A stretch of DNA of 53,648 nucleotides from positions 1 through 53,648 of the IMG/VR virus record IMGVR_UViG_3300024999_000141. One strand, 5' to 3'. This document shows, in pieces, positions 1 through 8,705 of the stretch. A program made the position numbers and the translations under genes. The notes under the pieces were generated by a model. It made no database searches and was not told the DNA's origin. It worked only from the letters and a program-made list of their open reading frames with translations. Within the stretch, counting starts at the first letter, position 1, and every line of letters begins with the position of its first letter. The stretch is from a virus (taxonomy: Duplodnaviria; Caudoviricetes).

Positions 1-123
1 GTCCTAGCGCCCGGGCCGCGAGGACCTCATCCTGCGTCGCCAAGCCGGCATCGCGCTGGACGACAGCGATCGCCCAGGCATCCCAGGCGTCGCGAACGAA
101 GACCTGGCGTTCGGCAGGCTCGC

Positions 124-549
124 TCATCGCACCACCCCCCACCGCCGCAGGTGCGCCAACACCTCCGCCAGCGACGTCGCCAGGCACCCTCGGGTGCCCC
201 ATGCCCGCAGCCAGGTCTCCTGCTCGTGCCGCAGCCGTCCCGTGCCATCGGGGCGTTTGAGCTCGACGCCGATCACCAGGTCGGGCCGGACGCCGATCAC
301 CAGGTCGGGCAGCCCCGGGCGCTCCCTGTCGCGTTCCCGCGGCGCCCGGTCCGGCCGGTGGTACCAGCAGAGCAGCGCGCCCGACGCCACGAGCTCGTCG
401 AGTACTCGGGTCACCTCGGCGAGAAGATCGCGCTCCCAGCGCGCCGCACCCTCGGCCCGCACCAACTCGTCGATGGTGCGACGGCCCCGCCGCGGCGCCT
501 GCTGCTCGAGCAGCTCCGGCCGCACACCACCCCAACCGCCGGTGGCCAT
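124..549 (-). CDS. VRR-NUC domain nuclease
   Basis: PGLPDL...ELKRPDGTGRLRHEQETW motif; ATG at 549 overlaps the upstream stop. Confidence 0.85.
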   Translation of the reverse strand: MATGGWGGVRPELLEQQAPRRGRRTIDELVRAEGAARWERDLLAEVTRVLDELVASGALLCWYHRPDRAPRERDRERPGLPDLVIGVRPDLVIGVELKRPDGTGRLRHEQETWLRAWGTRGCLATSLAEVLAHLRRWGVVR

Positions 550-848
550 CAGGCTGCCCTCCGTTCGTACCGCCGGCCGAGCACCCACCCGCCGGGCCGA
601 TGTTCGACGCGCAGCTGCCGCCCGTCGCTGCCCCGGTGACGCCTCTCGGTCCCGACCTGGCGCTCGACCAGGCCGCCCCGCTCCAGCTCGCGCAGGATAC
701 CGCCGAGGACGCAGCGCCAGCGGCTGCTGCAGCGCGCCCGCAGGTCGAGCTGCGCCTCGAGGTGGCGCGCCTCCACCGGGAGGCCGTCGCAGGCCTGCCG
801 CAGGGCCACGGCATCGAGGACCTCGCCGGCAGTGAGGGGGTGGTGCAT
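549..848 (-). CDS. Hypothetical protein, possibly winged-helix DNA-binding
   Basis: MHHPLTAGEVLDAV...LRELERGGLVER; coupled to both neighbours. Confidence 0.55.
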   Translation of the reverse strand: MHHPLTAGEVLDAVALRQACDGLPVEARHLEAQLDLRARCSSRWRCVLGGILRELERGGLVERQVGTERRHRGSDGRQLRVEHRPGGWVLGRRYERRAA

Positions 849-1702
849 CAGTCCTCGCCCCTGTCGTCCGGAGTCTGCTCCGACTGCATCTCGGCCCGCA
901 TCTGCTCCGCCTTCGCCTCGTCGTACGTGCCGCAGCGGCGGTCGCCGGGGTACCAGCAGCGGACGTCCAGCCCCGTCAGCGCCTCGAGGCGGGAGAGCAC
1001 GCGCCCCGGCTTCACCGGGTCGGTGGTCATCCAGGCCTTGCGGGCGAAGGCCAGCCCGGCGGCCCGGTCCAGGTTCGCCGTGACGATAACCGGCCGCCTG
1101 GCGTTCCACCGGGCGTCAAGCACCGCCAGCAGCTCGTCGAGCTCCTGCCGGTTGGGCGTGTGGGCCAGCACGTCGTCGAGCAGCAAGGCCTGCACCGAGC
1201 TCAGCGCACCGACGGCCTTCTGGTGCTCGGCCAGCTGGCGGGAGAAGTGCAGCGCCGCCAGCGTCGAGCACATCCGTTGCAGCGAGCAGGCAGCCACGCT
1301 GACCCCCTGGTCGAGCAGCCTGCGCCCCAGCCGCCCCAGGATGGTCGACTTGCCTGAGCCGCAGTCGCCGTGCATCCACGCCCCCGGCCCGCCCGGGGTC
1401 CAGGTGCGGGCCCAGAAGATCGCCTCGCTGCTCCACTCGTCGGCCTTGATCTCGGGCTGCTCCAACAGCGCGGCGTCGTGCACCCGCCCCAGCCGCTGCT
1501 GCAGGTCCACCAGCTCGGCGGCGCGCTCCCGCTGGCGCTTCTCGTCCTCGGCCGCCGCCAGGCCGGCGTCGCAGGCAGCGCACACCCACCGCTGCGGGGG
1601 CTCCAGGGGCCCGCTGCAGCGGTAGCAGCGGCTCCTGGGCGCAGCGAAGCGGCTCAGGCCGATCTCGGCGGCGAGAAGGGTGGGCGTGGCGTCGACGGAC
1701 AT
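848..1702 (-). CDS. DnaC/IstB-like AAA+ helicase loader
   Basis: Two CxxC motifs, Walker A GDCGSGKST, Walker B LLLDD, RWNARRPVIVTAN; follows the initiator gene. Confidence 0.88.
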   Translation of the reverse strand: MSVDATPTLLAAEIGLSRFAAPRSRCYRCSGPLEPPQRWVCAACDAGLAAAEDEKRQRERAAELVDLQQRLGRVHDAALLEQPEIKADEWSSEAIFWARTWTPGGPGAWMHGDCGSGKSTILGRLGRRLLDQGVSVAACSLQRMCSTLAALHFSRQLAEHQKAVGALSSVQALLLDDVLAHTPNRQELDELLAVLDARWNARRPVIVTANLDRAAGLAFARKAWMTTDPVKPGRVLSRLEALTGLDVRCWYPGDRRCGTYDEAKAEQMRAEMQSEQTPDDRGED

Positions 1703-1720
1703 CGGTTCCTCCCCGGGCGC

Positions 1721-2920
1721 TCAGAACGTCTCGAACTCGGATCCGGCAGGCGGCGTAAGCCGGGGCGGGGAACGCTGCGATGGGCCGGGGCGCGGCACGG
1801 GCGATGGCTGCGGGGTGCCGTTGTGGCCGTCCCGCAGCCGGTTGGCCGTGCGGATGCCCATGCCCCGGCCGTAGGTCAGCGTGTCGTGCTCGACCTGGCC
1901 CGCCTCGTCGGGCGTCAGACCGGTCAGGTCCACGCCGTCCAGCCATGGCCTGTCCCCGGCCGTAGCATCCCCCACCCGGTCGTACCGGCCGTTCTCGATG
2001 CGCTCCCGGCCATGCCGGCTGAGCACCCAGCCGATGTCGGGGGGCCATTTGGTCCGGAAGAACTCCGAGGCCGCCACCCGCCGCAGCAGCGCCTCGGTCT
2101 CCCGCAGGTCGCCGGCGGCTTTGGCGACCAGCGCCGCGGTCGGCGCCGACCACGCCCCGGGCTTCACGTCGGGAAACTTCAGCGGCACGAGGATGCGCCG
2201 CCAGAGCTCCACAACCGGGGCAGCCCGGGCGAGCTGCTCGGCCTCGCTCGGGACGGCCCGCTTGCGCCGCGGCGAAGGCTCGGCAACCGGGTCGCTCTCC
2301 GGCGGTCGGGTGGCCTGTTGGCCCAATGGGTCAGCCGACGGGAGATCGGGTTCACCCCCCTCGGGCAACGAGGGGGGAGGGGGGGTGTTCTTGTCCTGTC
2401 CTGTATTGTCCTGTCCTGTCCTGTCAGTCGTTACTCGCGTTACGGCGCGTTGCTCGCCGTTACTCGCGTTACGTAACGTTACGGGCGCGTTACTCGGCGT
2501 TACGTCGACGGGCGCTGCGTCACCGTCCGTTACGTCACGGCTCGTAACGGCTCGTAACGGCGGCGCCACCTCCGGCCGCTTCTTGTCGCGGTAGGCCTGC
2601 TGGCGCGTCGCGTTCGTCGAGTCCTCCTGGTACTTGGTCCACCCGGGAAGCCGCACGCCGTCCTCGGTCACGACGACCAACCCAGCGGTGACCAGCGCCT
2701 GGAGCGCCTCTTCGAAGATCCCGGAAAACTGCCCGGGGTCGAACAGCGCGCGCCGGGCGAGGTGCTTGCCGGTGACGTGCTTGGCCGACACCGCGCCGCC
2801 GGCGGCCTGCTCCTTGGCGATCCGCAGCAGCGTAGTGAAGGCCACCAGCCCCCACGGCCCGGCGTCGAGCACGTCGGGGTGGGTGTCGATCGACGAATCC
2901 AGCCTGACCCAGCCAGCCAT
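1721..2920 (-). CDS. Phage replication initiator protein
   Basis: MAGWVRLDSSIDTHP...WTKYQ...RQQAYR N-terminus typical of phage replisome organisers; internal iterons; adjacent DnaC-like gene. Confidence 0.8.
   Translation of the reverse strand: MAGWVRLDSSIDTHPDVLDAGPWGLVAFTTLLRIAKEQAAGGAVSAKHVTGKHLARRALFDPGQFSGIFEEALQALVTAGLVVVTEDGVRLPGWTKYQEDSTNATRQQAYRDKKRPEVAPPLRAVTSRDVTDGDAAPVDVTPSNAPVTLRNASNGEQRAVTRVTTDRTGQDNTGQDKNTPPPPSLPEGGEPDLPSADPLGQQATRPPESDPVAEPSPRRKRAVPSEAEQLARAAPVVELWRRILVPLKFPDVKPGAWSAPTAALVAKAAGDLRETEALLRRVAASEFFRTKWPPDIGWVLSRHGRERIENGRYDRVGDATAGDRPWLDGVDLTGLTPDEAGQVEHDTLTYGRGMGIRTANRLRDGHNGTPQPSPVPRPGPSQRSPPRLTPPAGSEFETF
2390..2560. repeat. Putative replication origin: about ten CGTTAC/GTAACG iterons plus a TGTCC pentamer run
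   Basis: Repeats visible in the sequence inside the initiator gene, the position of lambdoid origins. Confidence 0.7.
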
Positions 2921-3360
2921 CAGCGGTTCTCCTCTGTTCGGTTGCGTCCGGCGCGCCGAGCCTCGCCGCAGGGGTCGCAGAACATCCGCAGGTGATGCAC
3001 CGCCTGCGGGCACTGGTAGGTTGCGCCGCACTCGGTGCAGACCTGATCGACGAGGGTGGTCATCCGATGCCGCCGCCAGCAGGCGAGCTCCGCGTAGAGG
3101 TTGCACTCGCGCCGGACACGGCGGCCGCAGCCGCAGCGGCAGAAGGGCAGGGGCACGCCCTCGCCTTCGCCCTCGGCGCGCTGGCGTCCCGCCCCGCAGT
3201 CGACGCACTTCACCGTGTCCGCCCGCCCCACGCCCAGCCAGAAATTGGCCTCGCCGCAGCGGCCCCTCCAGCGCGCGACGCAGGCCCTCGGGGTCAGGCG
3301 AGCGCCGTAGGGCTCGCAGACCACGAGCGGGAGCGGAGTGGCGGGGTGGGCCTGATTCAC
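2920..3360 (-). CDS. Cys-rich putative zinc-binding protein
   Basis: CVDC, CRCGC, CTEC and CDPC motifs; GTG start overlaps the upstream stop. Confidence 0.6.
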   Translation of the reverse strand: MNQAHPATPLPLVVCEPYGARLTPRACVARWRGRCGEANFWLGVGRADTVKCVDCGAGRQRAEGEGEGVPLPFCRCGCGRRVRRECNLYAELACWRRHRMTTLVDQVCTECGATYQCPQAVHHLRMFCDPCGEARRAGRNRTEENR

Positions 3361-4022
3361 CACTCCACCTCCAGCAGCTCCATGCGCGTCGTCTCCACGG
3401 GCACCGCCGCGGCCCACTGCCACCATCCCCAGACCCGTCCGTCCGTCCCGTTGTCGCCGGAGAACGAGGGGCGCCTCGGGCTCGGCCGGTACCACTGCGG
3501 CTTGTGCTCGCCCCACCAGGCCGCCCGCTCCGAGGTCATGAGCATGCCGGCGTGCCCCAGCGCGTGGACCACGCCGCCGCGACTGGCCAGGGCGAGGCAG
3601 AGCGTCACCCACTCGATCCAGACGTGGCGGTCGCCGTTCTTCTTGGGCGGGTTGGTCAGCACGACGTCCCAACGCCGGCCGGCCTCCAGTTGCGCAGGCC
3701 CCCACTCGAGGAAGTCCGCCTCGACGCGCTCCCAGCGCTCCGGCAGCGCAGCGCAGCGGTCGTGGTGCAGCTCGACGCAGGTGATCCGGGGAAGGGCGAG
3801 GCCCCGCTCCGTGGTGAGCACCTCCGCCTCGTCAGCCAGCACGCCCAGCCCGGCGCCGGCGTCGAGTACGCTGCAGGCGCCGAGGTTGTACGGCACCGCG
3901 GCGGGCGCGCGCAGGATGGCCCGGGCCAGCCAAGGGGGCGTCGGCCAGAAGTCGAGGTCGAGACGCCGATCCGTGGTGCGATCGAACTCCGGCAGCAGGC
4001 CGAGCTGGGCGGCGCAGGTCAT
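3357..4022 (-). CDS. Amino (N6A/N4C) DNA methyltransferase-like protein
   Basis: DFWPTP, motif I VLDAGAGLG, motif IV-like VLTNPPK. Confidence 0.75.
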   Translation of the reverse strand: MTCAAQLGLLPEFDRTTDRRLDLDFWPTPPWLARAILRAPAAVPYNLGACSVLDAGAGLGVLADEAEVLTTERGLALPRITCVELHHDRCAALPERWERVEADFLEWGPAQLEAGRRWDVVLTNPPKKNGDRHVWIEWVTLCLALASRGGVVHALGHAGMLMTSERAAWWGEHKPQWYRPSPRRPSFSGDNGTDGRVWGWWQWAAAVPVETTRMELLEVEW

Positions 4023-4156
4023 CGCGCCCGCCGCGGCCGCTCCCACTTGAACACCCAGCACTCGACCCCGGGGCGGCGCGCTGCGCGCTCCGGGTAGGTC
4101 GCCTCCGCCAGTCGCAAGGCGGCGTGGAGGGGAAGCCGCAGACGGGGTTGTCGTCG

Positions 4157-4591
4157 TCAAGGCTCGATCTCCCTGGCGAGCCACCCGGGCGCCGGCAGCT
4201 GCGGTGTCTCGGGCTTCGCCGGCGAGGGCTGCCGCAGCACGGCAAGGGCCTCGCGCAGCGCCGACAGCGGGGCCTCGGGCCGGAAGGTGGCGTTGTAGAT
4301 CAGCCCGGCGAGCCGCCGGCGCTCCGCGGCGTCGGCTCGCTCCTGCTCGGCCTCCGGGCTGTCCGGGCGGATCGTCACCCGGCCCCAGGGGATGATGTCA
4401 CCGACCCGCACACCGTTCTTCCGGTAGTACTGGGTGCCGTTGCGGAGGATGAGCCGGCTCGGCGTCAGGCCGATGATCACCTGCTGCTCGAGCCACCCGT
4501 CGGCCCACACCGCCATCCCTTCGGTCCACGGGAACAGGTCGGGCTCCGGGGCGCTCCTGGCGGGGCGAGGCAGGGAGTACAGCGGGCTCAC
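4157..4591 (-). CDS. Hypothetical protein
   Basis: Protein-like composition from the GTG at 4591; coupled to the DHH gene stop. Confidence 0.55.
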   Translation of the reverse strand: MSPLYSLPRPARSAPEPDLFPWTEGMAVWADGWLEQQVIIGLTPSRLILRNGTQYYRKNGVRVGDIIPWGRVTIRPDSPEAEQERADAAERRRLAGLIYNATFRPEAPLSALREALAVLRQPSPAKPETPQLPAPGWLAREIEP

Positions 4592-5457
4592 GGGATCACC
4601 CCCGCCAGCTTGTGCAGGATCTCCGCCTCGATGACGTTGCAGGTCCACCCGGCCGCGCTCGGGTGGCCGCCACCCCCGCGAACCCGGGCGAGCTCGCCGA
4701 CGTCCACCCCGCCCTTGCGCGCCCGGAGGCTGTTCGTCACCTGCGGCCGCCCCTGCCGCGTCGTGACGCACCAAAGCCACACCACCCGGCCGTCGGAGGC
4801 CAGCGCATCGGCGATCTCGTTGAAGTCGCTGCTGGCGTTGACCGCCAGCACCTGGTGGCCGTCGAGCTGCAGAGCCACGGCCTGGCGCGCCGCGTAGGCG
4901 ACCCGCCGCTCCTGCGCGGCGAGGATGGCCTGACCGGCCTCGACCGTCGCCCGCAGCAGCTCCGGCGCGCCCGCCAGCAGCCCCAGCCAGTGACCCCAGA
5001 GCGCGCCCTCCCGGTAGGCCGCCGCTTCCACCGCCGCTGCAAGCGCGCGGGTCTCCGAGAGCACGTGCACCCAGCGGTCGTGGTCGTCCGCAGCTTCGAC
5101 GATGGCCGGGACCGGGCCCCAGGGGTGGAACATCTTCCACGTCAGCCACGCGGCGCAGTGGTGCGCGGCGCGCTCGCCGTACACCTGCAGCTCGGACCGC
5201 ACGCTCTCGGGGTGGTGGTCGACCCAGATCAGGGTCTTCGCCGCCGCCAGCAGGTCAGCCATCACCTCGGCAGGCCAGCCGAAGTCCAGCACGTAGACGC
5301 AGCGGCCGCGCGCCTCCTCGACCGGGCAGGCGTCGCCGTAGCGGTAGTGGCGCACCTCCGGCGTGTCCCCCGCCTGCTGCAGCTCCAGCCGGGTGATCGC
5401 CCCGGCGAGCCAGCCGTCGAAATCCGTGTGGGTCAAGATCAGGGGCGCGGTGTTCAT
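4588..5457 (-). CDS. DHH/DHHA1 family phosphoesterase
   Basis: HTDFDG, VLDF, WVDHH and GGGGHPSAAG motifs. Confidence 0.9.
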   Translation of the reverse strand: MNTAPLILTHTDFDGWLAGAITRLELQQAGDTPEVRHYRYGDACPVEEARGRCVYVLDFGWPAEVMADLLAAAKTLIWVDHHPESVRSELQVYGERAAHHCAAWLTWKMFHPWGPVPAIVEAADDHDRWVHVLSETRALAAAVEAAAYREGALWGHWLGLLAGAPELLRATVEAGQAILAAQERRVAYAARQAVALQLDGHQVLAVNASSDFNEIADALASDGRVVWLWCVTTRQGRPQVTNSLRARKGGVDVGELARVRGGGGHPSAAGWTCNVIEAEILHKLAGVIP

Positions 5458-5465
5458 GGTCTCCC

Positions 5466-7085
5466 TCAGGCCGCGGCCGGCAGGCCGAGCAGCACCCGGG
5501 CGCTCTGGATCGAGTACAGGGCGCAGCGCTGCAGGTACGCCGAGGGCAGGTGCTCGGGGTCGGGGAGCTTGTACGCTTCCGCTGAGTCGGGGGAGATCGG
5601 GAGGCCGTGGCGCAGGCGCTCGCACTCCGCCTTGTAGCCGTCGGCAGTGCCGCGGGCGCGGGCCAGGTCGATGCGGCCGAGGTCGCGCTCCTTGCCCAGG
5701 CGCTCGATGAAGGCAGAGAAGGTCTCGCCCTCCTCGGCGCCGAGTCGCCGGCGGAGGTCCAGGGCTTTGTCCTGCTGATCCTGGAGCACGGCGGCGAGGT
5801 CGTTGCGCTCCGCCAGCCGCTCCTCGGCCAGAGCGGTGGCCTCTGCCACGTGGGCCCGCCCTTCGCTCACTTCGGCCCGCAGGGCGGCCGCCTCCCGCAC
5901 CTGGTCATCGAAGCGCTCGACCAGCTCCTCCCGAGACGCCCTCACTGCGGCCAGCTCCTCCCGCAGCTGCCGCACCTCGGCGGCGACCGCAGGCGCCACC
6001 TCGGCGTCCACGGTCGGCGCCCGCCCCATCTGCAGCCGCCCGCAGGCCTTCGCCCACGGCTCCAGGTCGGGGTGCCCGGCCGTGCCGAGGTGCTGCTCGA
6101 TCAGAATGGCCAGCACGTGGCCCGCGGCGAGGACCTCCTCCACTGGGTCGCGCCGGTCCCGCTGCAGCAGCTCGGCGACGCTCTGGCGCGCTGCGGCCAG
6201 CTCCTCGCCGATGGGGGTGAACGGACCGCCGGCCAAGTCGGCGCCGCCGCGCTCCGGCGGCACGGGCACCAGCTCCGGATCACCTCCGGTGCGCGGTCCA
6301 TCCTGGCCGAGTTCAACCGACCTCGCCTCGGCTTCGCAGCCACCGCAGAAGGAGGTGCCCTCGTCACCGGACACGACCGCGGTGCTCGGGTGCCCGCAGC
6401 CCATCGGCTCGGCGGTGACCGGCTGCTCGGCGGGCGCAGCGGCGGCCGCCCGGCCCTGAAACTTCGTCGGCTTGTTCCGCGTGCGCCCGGCCCAGTAGTC
6501 GCGGCCGCAGCGGGCGGTGGCGTACTTGGTCGGTCCGCCCCGTCCGCTCGTCGCCCGCACCGGCTTGCCGCACCCGCACTGGCAGAGGGGGCGCGTCTGG
6601 GGCGCAGCGCTCAAGGTGGTCTCGCTCATGGTCGCCTCCACTTCGCCCTCGCTCTCGTTGCAGTCGTTGTTCGCTTCAGCCTCACCCACGGCATATTTTC
6701 CGGCATCTTCTGCAGACCGATCGCCCTCGCCCTCGCCCTCGCCCTCGCCCTCGCCCTCGCGGCGAGTGGAGATCACGCCCTCGATGCACGAGAGCTCCCA
6801 GCTGCGATCGCTGCCGAGCTCGCACACGCCCTCTCCACTGCCCGGGCGCCCCTCCCAGCAGAGCGGGTCTCCGTCGCGGCGCGACGAGGCGCAGGCCCGC
6901 AGGCGGAGGTGGCCGCGGCCGCGCCCGCAGAGCACGCGGCGGTTGGGGTCGCCGGCAGCCAGGCACCGCTGGCCCTCGCCGCGGCTCCAGCCCCCGTCGC
7001 TCAGCAGGTCGAGGACGGCCTGGAGTGCAGCGATGTCGTCGGAAGTGACCGGCTCCTGGACATCATCACGGAGGACGGTGCTCAT
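5466..7085 (-). CDS. Hypothetical protein with CxCGC zinc motif and coiled coil; alternative start at 6629
   Basis: Long ORF with LCQCGCG, CGGC, a heptad-rich C-terminus and a Glu-Gly run encoded by a 6-bp repeat at 6721-6759. Confidence 0.6.
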   Translation of the reverse strand: MSTVLRDDVQEPVTSDDIAALQAVLDLLSDGGWSRGEGQRCLAAGDPNRRVLCGRGRGHLRLRACASSRRDGDPLCWEGRPGSGEGVCELGSDRSWELSCIEGVISTRREGEGEGEGEGEGDRSAEDAGKYAVGEAEANNDCNESEGEVEATMSETTLSAAPQTRPLCQCGCGKPVRATSGRGGPTKYATARCGRDYWAGRTRNKPTKFQGRAAAAAPAEQPVTAEPMGCGHPSTAVVSGDEGTSFCGGCEAEARSVELGQDGPRTGGDPELVPVPPERGGADLAGGPFTPIGEELAAARQSVAELLQRDRRDPVEEVLAAGHVLAILIEQHLGTAGHPDLEPWAKACGRLQMGRAPTVDAEVAPAVAAEVRQLREELAAVRASREELVERFDDQVREAAALRAEVSEGRAHVAEATALAEERLAERNDLAAVLQDQQDKALDLRRRLGAEEGETFSAFIERLGKERDLGRIDLARARGTADGYKAECERLRHGLPISPDSAEAYKLPDPEHLPSAYLQRCALYSIQSARVLLGLPAAA

Positions 7086-7978
7086 TCTTCGCCCGCCTTC
7101 CGCTGCGCACGTTTTGCCTCAGAAATCTTTGCTCGCGTCTCCGGGCTGATTGGATGACCCCGATGAGACTTGCTCATATTTTTCCGGGCCTCAGGGCTCG
7201 CGACACGGCCTCGACTGGCCTCGCCGACTCTCGCCCTGGTTTCCGGGTCGGCCATCCGAGAGCGAGTCGCTTCTGCCATCTTGGCCAAGGCTTCGGGGCT
7301 GAAAACGCGTCGGCGACAAGCCTCCGCTGCCTTCCGCCGCTCCTCCGGATCGGCCATCCGTTTCCGCATGGACTCAGCAACCCTTGCCTTCGTCTCAGGG
7401 CTACGATTTCGACAGGCTTCAGCGAGTTTGGCCCGCGTTTCGGCACTGCGATTCCGGTTTGCCTCAGCAACCTTTGCCTTCGTTTGTGGATCTCTCACGG
7501 ATTGCGCATGTCTCTCCCGCTGCTCTGGGCTACGATTTCGGGAAGCTGCAGACAACTTCGCCCTGGTTTCCGCGCTGACAGCATGTCCAGGCGCACCATC
7601 CCCTCCGTCGGTCAGGTTGGTGAGCGAGCAACCAATGGCCCGGAAATGCCTGATCCATGCTTGCTCGTTCTTCTCCCATCCCCGCCCGGCTGATGCTGGA
7701 TCGATGATCTCCATGACCGGCGTCATCCCATTAGCGAGCAACTGGCGAATCCACCGTGCTTTGTGGGTGTTTTCCCCTCGACGAGCAGATCCCATATGGG
7801 CTTGCAGTCTGATCTCTGGCTTTCGCCTCGTCACACCGGCATACCGAATCCGCTGGATCGGATCGCTCATCCTGGGGTCGCAGAGCACATAGATGACCCA
7901 CTCGGGACTGGCATTGAGCCCAAGCTCGACCTGTTTCTCATCCCTGACCGGGAAACGTGCGGATCGCTTGCGACTCAT
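7082..7978 (-). CDS. GIY-YIG homing endonuclease with NUMOD3-type repeats
   Basis: VIYVL...RYAGVT...RLQAH, LTNLTDGGDG, many S-x-ETRAK repeats; lower GC than flanks. Confidence 0.88.
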   Translation of the reverse strand: MSRKRSARFPVRDEKQVELGLNASPEWVIYVLCDPRMSDPIQRIRYAGVTRRKPEIRLQAHMGSARRGENTHKARWIRQLLANGMTPVMEIIDPASAGRGWEKNEQAWIRHFRAIGCSLTNLTDGGDGAPGHAVSAETRAKLSAASRNRSPEQRERHAQSVRDPQTKAKVAEANRNRSAETRAKLAEACRNRSPETKARVAESMRKRMADPEERRKAAEACRRRVFSPEALAKMAEATRSRMADPETRARVGEASRGRVASPEARKNMSKSHRGHPISPETRAKISEAKRAQRKAGEE

Positions 7979-8099
7979 CGCAGGCCTCCTGCCGTCATGG
8001 CGACCGACCTTGTCGCATCCGGCTCACCTCGGCCCGCACGGTCTTCCGCTGACTTCTCGTCGAGGTCCTCGACCGTGACCCGCTCGGGCTGGAGCGCGG

Positions 8100-8705
8100 T
8101 CATTGGGTGACCTCGTTGCCCCAGGAATCCCACCCCGCTCTGTCGCTGCGGGCGAACAGCTCGAGGCGCGGCCCCGGGCTGACTTGCTCGATCAGCGAGT
8201 AGCTCTGGTCGGGCTTGGCGCTGTGCCGGGTGCGGGGGGCGAAGAAGACCGACGGCGGACGCCTCTCCGGCGGGGGCACCAGCGCCTGGCCGCGTGTCGA
8301 GAGCAACAGCAGCTCGTGAGCCCCGCGGCCGTACTGCCCGAGGCCGATCTGCAGGGCGTCCCGGGCTACCTCGCAGGGGGTGACCCCCATCGGAGAAACA
8401 TCCCGCAGCTTCACCCAGACGAAGGTCCGGATGTAGTGGAAGCCCAACTGGTCGATCAGCCAGAGGCCGTCGGTCAGGAAGTTGTCGGTGACCCACATCC
8501 AGAGGTGCGCCCCGGCGGGGTCGGGCGTGAACCGGCCGCTGCCGAGGATCACGCCGGGCAGGTCCTTGGTCTTCACGAGGGGGTAGTGCCGCTGAGCGCC
8601 GCGCACGCACTTGCCGCCGCCCCGCTCCTCCCAGGGGGGATCCATGCTGATGCAGCGGTAGAGCTGCCCGTCCGGCACGAAGAGGTCAGGCTGGACCGCG
8701 GTCAC
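8100..8705 (-). CDS. MT-A70 family N6-adenine methyltransferase
   Basis: DPPW, HY, LWMWVT, WVK, HSAKP, LELFAR and WDSWGNE motifs. Confidence 0.92.
   Translation of the reverse strand: MTAVQPDLFVPDGQLYRCISMDPPWEERGGGKCVRGAQRHYPLVKTKDLPGVILGSGRFTPDPAGAHLWMWVTDNFLTDGLWLIDQLGFHYIRTFVWVKLRDVSPMGVTPCEVARDALQIGLGQYGRGAHELLLLSTRGQALVPPPERRPPSVFFAPRTRHSAKPDQSYSLIEQVSPGPRLELFARSDRAGWDSWGNEVTQ

Noticed and set aside
2390-2560. CRISPR array
   Set aside because: Repeats are 5-6 bp without unique spacers, and no cas genes are present
4019-4159. Stop-codon readthrough after the 4157-4591 gene
   Set aside because: The frame stays open for about 45 codons to the next gene, but there is no recoding signal and TGA is used as a normal stop elsewhere
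6721-6759. Phase-variable repeat (TCGCCC)x6
   Set aside because: The unit is a multiple of 3, so slippage only changes the length of a Glu-Gly linker
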